A stretch of 64,000 nucleotides of DNA from Azolla caroliniana (Eukaryota > Plantae > Polypodiophyta): positions 868,001-932,000 of the forward strand of contig JBHGNT010000021.1 in assembly GCA_043228905.1 (NCBI GenBank), in the 5' to 3' direction. Shown here one piece after another: positions 41,873 through 51,440 of this stretch. Positions within the stretch are counted from its first letter, which is position 1, and every line of letters starts with the position of its first letter. Position numbers and translations under genes: made by a program. The notes beneath the pieces are model-generated. The model had not been told where the DNA came from. It saw only the letters and a list, made by a program, of their open reading frames with translations, and ran no database searches.

Positions 41873-43509
41873 TGTTATTTCAGTGATTAATGGCCAAATT
41901 CATGAATGCAATGAGCGTCTTACAAACCTGTCATGAAAATATTTTATCAGGATATCACTTACATACTCTGATTAACCCCAACCACAAGTTCATTGTACTC
42001 GGGACATGAAACTATACAAAAATGACACGAATATTAACTTTAAATTGTTATTAAAGCATGATAATAATAATCTTATACGTACCATATGGCTGCCAAAAAT
42101 GAAATTCGTATGTTACTAATTTGAAGAAAACAAAATCTAGTATCCAAGTTCTTTTCATTGTCCGAAATTAGCTAGTTGACATCAAAATGTTTGTTTCTTG
42201 GACATTAAAATGTTGAGTACTTCCACATGGTCATGGAATGGTTCCTTAATATGAAAAAAAAAACACTTTGTGCCTTCCACCTAAGCTGCGCAAGAAGAGC
42301 TCGAAGCCAATCCCAGGGAACAGTGAAGCTTCATAGGAACCATAGAAAATTTCTCAGAACTTCATCAAAATGCTTGTTATTGAACTTCAACTTTCAAGGA
42401 TTTCCATACACAAAATCCTTGTGTAATGAGTAGGATATGATGCATATGGCGAAGAGATTTCGTACTTTTCTGGTTACTTGAATTTCAAAATCTTCAGAAT
42501 TTACAGCATAGTAATAAGAGGAATCCATAATGCAAGAGATCAAAAGAGCTTTATGTAAAACAATTGTGCAATGATACATAAGATGAAGTGATTCCAAACG
42601 CAGTTCAATACCAAATTGCTTCAAAATCTCAAAAACAATTTGCATGCCTATGCAAAACTGGCAAAAAAAAAACAATTTTCAAAAATCTCAACAGTCTGTT
42701 TTCATGGTTATGGAAGACCGATCTTCATGCAAAAAGAAAAAGGAAAAATTGCGTAAATATGTGAATGCGCGCGTGCCATGATACATCAGAATGAGAAATT
42801 TTGGTTTACCTTGGTCCTACACAGGTGAATTGTCTGTGTCCCTTGTACTTAAAAAATCTCCGGGAGCCGCGAAGAGCCGTCTCCTTCGTTTAGCTGTCTC
42901 CTGTCTTCTTCATCTTCTGCTGCCGCTGTCTGCTTCTTCCGTATCGCCTTCTGTCGTCGGTCTTCTGTCTTCTTCTCTTTCAAAGACTATTAAGGCCTCC
43001 TCCGGGTTTCCCAGTTTAGGAAATTGTGGCCTGAGGTTTCCCGATTAGGAAACACGGGCCCTTGGAGTTTTTTTCCCCGAAACATGGTATGTATTTTGCA
43101 ACAAACACATAACATATGTATGTGTGTTTGTCCGGCCGTTTATTTATCACGAGTTTATGGTGTTTTCACGATGAGGAAATAGACCCTCGGTGTTTTTCTT
43201 CCGAGTCATTGCATCGAACACCCTCTACTCGTCGACACATTCCTCACATTTTGCGGTCATGTATGTATGGTTGCTTGTTTAGTTGTTTATTTGAGCCTAT
43301 CTAATAGGGTCACTTGTTACATACCCCTCCCTCGCCTATACAAGATCAAACCCTCTCATATATACTGCGATCGTAGCCTTGGGTTACTTTTGTACAAAAA
43401 TTCAGTTGTATGCCCACCACTAGAACCATTTACCTTCCATTTTTTTATTTTTTTATTTTATTGTCTTGGGGGTCGGAGGGGGGGAGATCTTCGAAGATGT
43501 GCTTTACAC

Positions 43510-45289
43510 TACCTCATATGAATTAGGTATCCTCTTCTTCTATATTACATGCTTGTGCATATTGATGAAGCGAAACACACATATGTTAAGAACTTATTGA
43601 AGTCTTACCCTTCCTTAAAGCAATCGATTTTTCTTTCCCACACCCCTTGACTATAATACATAGGATAACTAAATCAAAAAGTGTCGGGTATCTTCTTATG
43701 TCTTTCATAGAAGTAGCTTTCCACGTATGGTGTCGTTGTGGTGATGTTTTCCCTTGTTAGTTGAGTTCTCCTACGTCTCTAATCTTATTTGAATAGAGAG
43801 AAAAGTTTATAGTGCAACTTGAATGTTTCAAGAGCAAAAAGGTGTATATTTAAGTAATGAATTGTTACGTCAGAGATAGAAACATTTTTCCTTGTTAATT
43901 GTTGTCTCCTTGCCTTCCAAACATGTGTATTGTGCATAAAAAAGATAAACAAACTGATAAACAATCTACTTTTTCCTAATATTATTCGATGGGACTAGGC
44001 GTTATGAATGGGAGATAAATTCTAAACCCCTTGAGTTCACCACACAAAACATTGGGGGGAGTACATCATGTCATATCCATTGTATGGAACGTACAAACCT
44101 ACAGTGATCATGTAGAGATGTGTTGAGAGGGTAGATTTGATAAGTGGATAAGGTAGATTTTGATATGGCAAGGTAATGAGTGCGCTACAAAATTCTAGCC
44201 CTTTTTACTGCTTAAAACATTCATTAGGATTTCCTACTACAACTACAAATAAACACAAAGTCCACAAGAAGAAATTGTGGGACATAGACCAATAGATTCT
44301 TAGGATAATTAATGCATTTATAATCCTTGATTAAGCATGCTTAAGAAAAAGCGGTGGTGCTAAGTAAATCCAGTTAGTGCAGACGAACATTAGTAAAGGG
44401 CACCCATTGCATTTTCATAAATAATGAAAAAATGGAGGGTATTTTCCGAAATGCTAGAAACAAATTCCATGGAATCATGAGCTTCTTCTAGAATCGATTC
44501 TTTTCAGAAATATGCTCCCGTGGAATCATGATCTTCTTCTTCGATCAGTGCTTGTCAGAAACATGTTCTCATGAAAGCATAATCTTCTTCGACGATCAGT
44601 TATTTTCAAGTGTCTCCTCCGTGGTAACATCAAGGTACGAGAATCAGAGTTTTTTTGATCCAGTCGTTGTAACCATGAGAAAATCACTATAAGCAATGCT
44701 GTCCACCAATCTAGATCTAAAAGAGAATCAAGAGAAACATATCATAAAGGGACAAACTTGTAGTGAAGATCTTGCGTTTATTTCATTACTCAAGGCTTGA
44801 GCCTATAACAAGGACTTTTGCAAAGGCATGCATTTACATGCCAACATCATGAAGAGAGGTTTACTCCAAAAGAGCCTGTATGTAGGTAGCTCTTTGATCA
44901 ATATGTATGCGAAATGTTGTCACTTTGCAAAAACAACACAAGTTCCTATGCAAATATGTTTTAGTTGGCAATGCTTTGGTAGATATGTATGAGAAGTGTG
45001 GTCAGCAAGTGCTTGAATAGCTTCCAATCTGAGATGTTGTCAGTTGGAATGTCCGTATTGCCGGATATGCCCACAAAGAGAAAGGTCATGAAGCATATAT
45101 TGTTTTGAAAGGATGCAACATGAAGCTCTATCTCCCGATTCCGTGCCCTTTGTTTCTATCTTGAAAGCTTGTGGAAGCAATGGTCTCATCATCAAAGGCA
45201 AGCAAATTCATGAGAAGATTGTAACTTGTGGCTTGCTTGAAACACACAGTGTGCTCGGCACTGCAGTGGTGGATATGTATATAAATTGT
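43510..45289 (+). repeat. Diverged local duplicate of about 47478-49502 (PPR upstream region plus 5' coding part)
   Basis: Collinear similarity throughout, for example atgaattaggtatcctcttcttctatattacatgcttgtgc (43518) versus atgaataaggtatctacttcttctaaattacatacttgtgc (47485), continuing into PPR codons. Confidence 0.92.
44696..45289 (+). pseudogene. PPR pseudogene, a truncated copy of the PPR gene at 48666
   Basis: It has the same ATG context (aagcaATGctgtccacc) and a TGT>TGA change at 44798. A deletion of about 227 bp (matching 48916-49142) is joined at a GTTC microhomology, and further stops and indels follow. Homology ends at about 45289. Confidence 0.92.
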
Positions 45290-45639
45290 CACCCCCTTAT
45301 TACCACATCTTATGTGGCCTAAGTATTACACAAGCTTTTGTATTAGGAAGGTTTTCTTATAATTTAAAATGCCTACATGATGACCCGTTGATCATGGGAA
45401 ACATTAACGACAAAAGGTTTTGCTACTTCTAACATAGAGAAACGATCAAAACTATATTCCCTTAAAAAGATACGGAAGATCACATCATTGAGTCATCGTT
45501 GAAATCAATTACATCGATATCCGAACCAAAAAACAAGGAAGGAAATTTGTCAAACATAAGCACTATTTTCAGGTCGAGGAACTTAGATACTTTGAGAGGA
45601 AACAAAAGTATGTGTGGCAATATTTCTCGGCGATCGGAG

Positions 45640-46383
45640 TTAGTCCCACTTGTCGTATGCCTTGAAGACTGGGTTGCGGCGAATGACTGTTTGAATGCCA
45701 TCAGGCACAAGGAGTAAGACACTAGTGCAGAATCGTTTCACATGGGCCTCTTCTACGAGTGTGTCAGCGAACACCTTATTGAACTCGAGGCGAGGGTAAG
45801 CCTTCACGACCTCCGCCACAGTATCGGGGTGGATGAGCTCCGCGTAGTAGCCGAGCGCATCCAATTGCGCCCCAAACCGCAACATCTGACCCTCGGGAGA
45901 GAAGCCGTAGCTCCCGGCGTCGACATCCTTGTGCCTACAGATGGATTCCATGACCGTGTCCCCGAGATGTGGCGGGGCCCCGGCCACGTCCACGAGAAAT
46001 GTGCGCGCTGCCATACCCCCGTGCAGCTCGAACGAAACGTGTGACTGCTGGAACGCGTGGCTTGTGCACTTCACGTCGTGCAGCAAGGCCGCGAGGTAGA
46101 ACGTCTCGGGGTCCCACCCGAGGTCGGGGAAGATGTCGGTAGCGATAATGGTTCCAAAGTAGTACGTGCGGAGGCAATGCGAGAAGATGGAAGGGGGGAG
46201 CTCAACCTCGGCGAGCTTCGTTGCCGCTTTTGTCAATGGGGTGGATGGAACCGGAATCGATGACAGCGGAATGTGTCGCGGCTGGAGCTTTCCATCTGCC
46301 ACTCGTTGCAATGCGTCGGTCACCTCTCTCTGAATGCGGAAGTAGTCAAACTCCCCCCCATTGGGGTTACCATTGGATGCCAT
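45640..46383 (-). CDS. HD-domain metal-dependent hydratase/hydrolase, cyanamide hydratase (Ddi2/Cah)-like, 247 aa, intronless
   Basis: An uninterrupted ORF from MASNGNP to YDKWD* shows the family motif order: PSTPL, LPPSIFSHCLRTYYFG, ETFYLAALLHD, SFELHGG, ESICRHKD, LDALG, IHPDTVAEVVKAYPR and FADTLVEE..K. It is visibly GC-rich; one sampled 60-mer had 35/60 G+C. Confidence 0.88.
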   Translation of the reverse strand: MASNGNPNGGEFDYFRIQREVTDALQRVADGKLQPRHIPLSSIPVPSTPLTKAATKLAEVELPPSIFSHCLRTYYFGTIIATDIFPDLGWDPETFYLAALLHDVKCTSHAFQQSHVSFELHGGMAARTFLVDVAGAPPHLGDTVMESICRHKDVDAGSYGFSPEGQMLRFGAQLDALGYYAELIHPDTVAEVVKAYPRLEFNKVFADTLVEEAHVKRFCTSVLLLVPDGIQTVIRRNPVFKAYDKWD

Positions 46384-46559
46384 GGTATATATATATATAT
46401 ACAAGTTGTGTGTGTGTGTGTGTGTGTGTGTGTATCTTAATCCAGTTACAATACTTCAACTTCTTTTTCAATGTCTTCTTCAACAATATAGGTATTCTTC
46501 TTCAACTTCTTCTCTGAGTGGATTCTTGCTTGTGATGCCATTACATCCTTCGCCTCATC

Positions 46560-46567
46560 TATATATA
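46560..46567 (-). promoter_or_regulatory. Putative TATA box of the HD-domain gene
   Basis: TATATATA lies about 180 bp upstream of the ATG. It is followed on the minus strand by a GAA-rich and (CA)n leader resembling other leaders in this window. Confidence 0.5.
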
Positions 46568-46716
46568 GTACACACACAAACCAACCAACAGAGACAAAAG
46601 AAGCCAAAGAAGAAAGGTCAAAAGTAAGGGTGGGCTAACAATATTGACCCTTCCAACTAAAGGCCTGCCATCAAATTTCAAGTGATCAATTCCCAATCAT
46701 CGTTATCAATATAAAT

Positions 46717-46770
46717 TGTGAATAGTGTGCTTGGCATGTGAATAGTGTGCTTGGCATGTGAATAGTGTGT
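46717..46770. repeat. 20-bp tandem repeat x2.6
   Basis: tgtgaatagtgtgcttggca is repeated in tandem. Confidence 0.85.
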
Positions 46771-48665
46771 TTTTATTTGATTCCTCATGGTGTACTCCTA
46801 CTCATCGTACTGCGTTGACAGGTTCACATACCACATCATTCATTCTTGTGCTTCGCAATCAAATCAGATGAAGCAAAATGTTTTCAGTTTTTTGTCTGTC
46901 TAGTTAACAATTTTGTTCCTTTAGGTGCACACATTGTATACAATTTCGTGACGAAATAAGAAAGGCCATGTCACCTATGGACAAGTTGAACATTACGCCT
47001 CATTTGCTTACCTTTCTTTGTGAAGAGTTTCTTTCAATGTTTTATTTTGGTAGATCTCATGTGTGGGTGCATGTTTGTATATAATGGGCAACTTCTATAA
47101 ATTGGATGAATTGGGTTTCTCATGAAGTCATTCTCATAGTAAAACATTTGACTATTGTGGTTTCTTCATTTACTCTTAACCAAAATCATGTGCATGTTAG
47201 ATGTGATGAAGAAATTGTTATGACCTTCCACTTGATGGCCTAGGAAGGAATGAGCGCATGCTTTATAGCACATCCAAAAGCATGTATGCATGTGTGTAGC
47301 CATTTATTTAGCCTAGCTACTAGGGCCCACATGGTACATACCCCTCACCTATACATGACGATACCTTGGGTAATACCACAATCATAGTGTTGAGCTACTT
47401 TTGAACAAAACTTGGTTGTATGGCCAACGCTAGAAAGTTAATCCCGTTCACCTTCCCTTTGGATATTCTCCTACGATGCCTCGTATGAATAAGGTATCTA
47501 CTTCTTCTAAATTACATACTTGTGCATTTTGATAAAGCGGAAGACACATATGTTAATCAATTGATTGAAGTCTTGCTCTTCCTTAAAGCAATTAACTATT
47601 CTTTTATACACCCCTTGACAATAATACATATGATAACTAATGTTCAAGCAAAAGGTGTTGGGTATCTTCTGATGCCGTTGAGAAAAGTAGCTTTCCACAT
47701 GTTGTGTCGTTGCGTTGTTTCTTTTCCTTGTCAATTAAGTTCTAGTGTATCTCTCATCTTTTTTGAACAGAGAGAAAAGTTTCTAGTGCAACTTGAATGT
47801 TTCAAGAGCAAAAAAGCGTATATTTTAGGCATGCATCGTTTTGCCAAGATAGAAACATTTTTCCTTGTTAATTGTTGTCTCCTTGAATTACAGAGTGGCA
47901 ATGTGTATTATACATCGAAAAGACAAACAAATTGATAAACGTTGTACCTTTTCCTAATATTATACGATGGGACTGGGCATTTGTCTCATGGTATGAATGG
48001 GAGACAAATTCTAAAACCCGAGGGAGTTCACTACACAAAACATTGGGGGGAGGACATTGGATCATATCTGTTCTATGGAAGGTAGATATAGAAACATACA
48101 AATTTACATTGATGATGTAGAGAGGTGTCAAGAGGGTAAATTCGATAAGTCAAGAAGGTAAATTTCGATATGGTAAGGTAATGAGTCCGCTAAAAAAATC
48201 TAGCCCTCTTTTCCGTTTAAAATATTCATTAGGATTTTCTCTTGCAACTACAAATAAAGGCAACGTCCTTATAAGAAATTTGTGGGACATATCATAACTG
48301 ACATATTCTTAGCCTAATTGATCAATACATAATCCTTAATTAAGAATGCTCATAGAATCCACTTAGGACCGATTAACATTAGTAAAGGACATTGTATTTT
48401 TCCACGAACGCAAGGGAGATCAAGAGATGTCATTTTCATAAATACTAAAAGATGGAGGGTATTTTCATACATTCTAGAAACAAGCTCCATGGAAGCATGT
48501 GCTTCTTCTGCATTCAATTCTTTTCAGAAACATGGCCCCGTGGAAACATGATCTTCTTCTACGATAAATTCGATTCAAGTGTCTTCTCTGTGGTAACATC
48601 AAGGTAAGAGAATCAGAGTTTTTTTTTATCCAGTTCATGTAAACATGACAAAATCACTATAAGCA

Positions 48666-51440
48666 ATGCTGTCCACCAATCTAGATCTAAAAGAGAATCA
48701 AGAGAAACATATCATAAAGGGACAAGCTTGTAATGAAGATCTTGTTTTCATTTCATTACTCAAGGCTTGTGCCAAGAACAAGGACCTTTGCAAAGGCATG
48801 CATTTACATGCCGACATCGTGAAGAGAGGGTTGCTCCAAAAGAGCCCATATGTAGGTAGCTCTTTGATCAATATGTATGCAAAATGCGGTCACTTTGAAA
48901 AAGCAACACAAGTTCTAGAAGAGATTCCGATCCGGAATATAGCATCATGGAATTCTATCATCGCAGGATACGCCCACCACAGCCGAGGACACCAAGCATT
49001 GCATTGTTTGGAATACTTAGAAAGTGAAGGATTTTCTCCAAACTCAGTGACATTCATCTGTATCTTGAAAGCTTGTGGCACCACACATGCCTATGAAGAT
49101 GTAGGCAAACAAATCCATGAGAAGATTGTGAAGAGTGGGTTCCTATGCAAAGATGTTTTGGTTGGCAATGCTTTGGTAGATATGTATGCGAAGTGTGGTG
49201 CTCTTGAAAAAGCTCAACAAGTGCTTGAAGAACTTCCGATCCGAGATGTTGTCAGTTGGAATGCCCTTATTGCTGGATATGCCCACGAAGGGAAAGGTCA
49301 TGAAGCGCTATATTGTTTTGAAAGGATGCAACATGAAGCTCTATCTCCTGATTCCGTGACTTTTGTTTCTATCTTGAAGGCTTGTGGAAGCAGTGGCCTT
49401 ATCATCAAAGGCAAGCAAATTCATGAGAAGATTGTAAGTTGCAGCTTGCTTGAACGACACAGTGTGCTCGGCACCGCGCTGGTGGATATGTATGCCAAAT
49501 GTGGTCTACTTGAGAAATCACAGAATGTTCTAGAAGGGCTTCCTCTTCGAAATACCATCTCTTGTTCAGCATTGATTGCCAGATACACCCAACATGGTCG
49601 ATGTCATGAAGCTTTGAATTGTTTTGAATGGATGCAAAGTGAGGGTATCTCTCCAAATTCGGTAACTTTCATTTTGGTTTTGAGGGCTTGTGGCAAAATA
49701 CAAGCTCTGGACAAGGGCAAACAAATTCATGATGAGATTGTACAGCGCAACTTGCTGGAAAATGATAGTTTACTTGGCCATGCTTTGGTAGATATGTATA
49801 TCAAATGTGGAATGCTCTCAAAAGCACTGAGTGTGCTCAAAGAGTTACCTATTCAAGACACAGTTTCTTGGAATGCACTCATTGCGAGGTATGCTGAACA
49901 AGGGCAAGGTCATGTAGCTTTGAAATGTTTCAAACAAATGCAAAGTAAGGGTTTCTCTCCAGATGCAGTAACCTTCATTTGTGTATTGAAGGCTTGTGGC
50001 CTTTTGGGGGCCATAGAAAAAGCCAAACAAATTCATGACGATATTGTGAATAGAGGCTTGTTGAGGAAAGATATTGTGCTTGGTACTGCTCTAGTGGATA
50101 CGTATGCTAAATGTGGTGTGTTAACAAAAGCGAAACAAGTGCTTGAAGAGCTTCCTGCTCGGAATATAGTCACTTGGAATGCACTAATTGCTGGGTATGC
50201 CCAACAAGGGCAATGCCAGGAAGCATTGAATTGTTTTGAATGGATGCAAAGTGAGGGCCTCTTGCCAGATGTTTCTACCTTCACTTGTATTTTGAAAGCT
50301 TGTGGCCAAGCAAGAGATATTGACAAGGGAAAACTGATTCATGAAGAGATTTCAAGTAGGGGCTTGGTGGGGAAAGATAAAATTGTTGGCACTGCTTTAA
50401 TAGATTTCTATGCCAAATGTAGCATGCTCGGAAAAGCACACGAAGTGCTCGAAGAACTTCAGATTCGAGATATAATATCATGGAATGCATTAATTACAGG
50501 ATATGCCCAACTAGGACAAGTTCACAAGGCACAGAAATGTGTCGAACAGATGAAAAACGAGGGTCTTTGGCCAGATTCGGTCACTTTCATTTGCATCTTA
50601 AAGGCTTGTAGTAGCACCGGAGCTATAGACATGGGCAAACAAATCCATGGTGAGGTTACAAGTAGAGGCTTGCTAGAGAAGGATATCAGCCTTGGGAATG
50701 CTTTGGTGGATATGTATGCCAAATGTGGTAAGCTTGAAAAAGCACAACTAGTGTTGGAAGAGCTTCCTTTTCGGGATGTTGTCTCGTGGTCAGCATTAGT
50801 TGCAGGATATGCTGAGCAAGGGCAAGGGCAAGAAGCAGTAAGGTGTTTAGAACACATGAAAACTGAGGGTCTCTCACCTAATAGAGTGACATTCTTGTCT
50901 GTTCTAAGTGCATGTTCTCATGGAGGGCTCTTAAATGAGGCCCAAACGCTTTATACTGATATGACTGGACAACTCAACATACCTCCAAACACAGAGCATC
51001 ATATGTGTATGGTGATGGTTTTTGGATTGGCTGGCCATTTCGATGATGCTATGTCCGTGATTAGAGTTATGCCATCGTCTCATGATCCTACGTTGTGGCT
51101 TGCACTATTGGGTGCTTGTAAAAAATGGGGAAATGTGAAGCTTGGGAGGTTAACTTTTGATCAGATAGTACAATTGGATAATAGTTGCTCCACAGCATAT
51201 GTCCTTATTTCGGACATTTTTGCCATGGCTGGAATGCATGAGGATGTAGAAAAGATCAATGCCTTGAGGCTAAAATATGCTACTTGGAAGAAACAAGGAA
51301 ACAATTTGGGGGTTGATACGAGTGGAAATGTTCATGCATTTTCTAGGAAGGATATACAACACTCTTTAAGTAAAACTATGTATACAAATGAAAAAGCTAT
51401 TACATGCAAAATGGCAAGTGTTATGGTCACAGTCTCCTAA
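48666..51440 (+). CDS. PLS-class pentatricopeptide repeat protein with E domain and truncated DYW start (organellar RNA-editing factor type), 924 aa, intronless
   Basis: About seven PLS triplets (LVDMYAKCG...; RDVVSWNALIAGYA; PDSVTFVSILKACG), then VTFLSVLSACSHGG, LWLALLGACKKWGNVKLG, AYVLISDIFAMAG and KKQG...GNVHAF. There is no HxE/CxxC/DYW. No obvious transit peptide is present, so the true N-terminus may differ. Confidence 0.93.
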   Translation: MLSTNLDLKENQEKHIIKGQACNEDLVFISLLKACAKNKDLCKGMHLHADIVKRGLLQKSPYVGSSLINMYAKCGHFEKATQVLEEIPIRNIASWNSIIAGYAHHSRGHQALHCLEYLESEGFSPNSVTFICILKACGTTHAYEDVGKQIHEKIVKSGFLCKDVLVGNALVDMYAKCGALEKAQQVLEELPIRDVVSWNALIAGYAHEGKGHEALYCFERMQHEALSPDSVTFVSILKACGSSGLIIKGKQIHEKIVSCSLLERHSVLGTALVDMYAKCGLLEKSQNVLEGLPLRNTISCSALIARYTQHGRCHEALNCFEWMQSEGISPNSVTFILVLRACGKIQALDKGKQIHDEIVQRNLLENDSLLGHALVDMYIKCGMLSKALSVLKELPIQDTVSWNALIARYAEQGQGHVALKCFKQMQSKGFSPDAVTFICVLKACGLLGAIEKAKQIHDDIVNRGLLRKDIVLGTALVDTYAKCGVLTKAKQVLEELPARNIVTWNALIAGYAQQGQCQEALNCFEWMQSEGLLPDVSTFTCILKACGQARDIDKGKLIHEEISSRGLVGKDKIVGTALIDFYAKCSMLGKAHEVLEELQIRDIISWNALITGYAQLGQVHKAQKCVEQMKNEGLWPDSVTFICILKACSSTGAIDMGKQIHGEVTSRGLLEKDISLGNALVDMYAKCGKLEKAQLVLEELPFRDVVSWSALVAGYAEQGQGQEAVRCLEHMKTEGLSPNRVTFLSVLSACSHGGLLNEAQTLYTDMTGQLNIPPNTEHHMCMVMVFGLAGHFDDAMSVIRVMPSSHDPTLWLALLGACKKWGNVKLGRLTFDQIVQLDNSCSTAYVLISDIFAMAGMHEDVEKINALRLKYATWKKQGNNLGVDTSGNVHAFSRKDIQHSLSKTMYTNEKAITCKMASVMVTVS

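Noticed and set aside
46384-46404. Longer start for the HD ORF (MYIYIYT)
   Set aside because: It begins at a non-ATG codon in an (AT)n tract. The ATG at 46383 has a good ACCATGG context.
47522-47935. 137-aa ORF in the duplicated PPR upstream region
   Set aside because: It starts at a non-ATG codon, has no recognisable domain, and the duplicate copy does not show a matching long ORF.
48890-50877. Several minus-strand ORFs inside the PPR gene
   Set aside because: These are antisense shadows of the repetitive PPR codon pattern.
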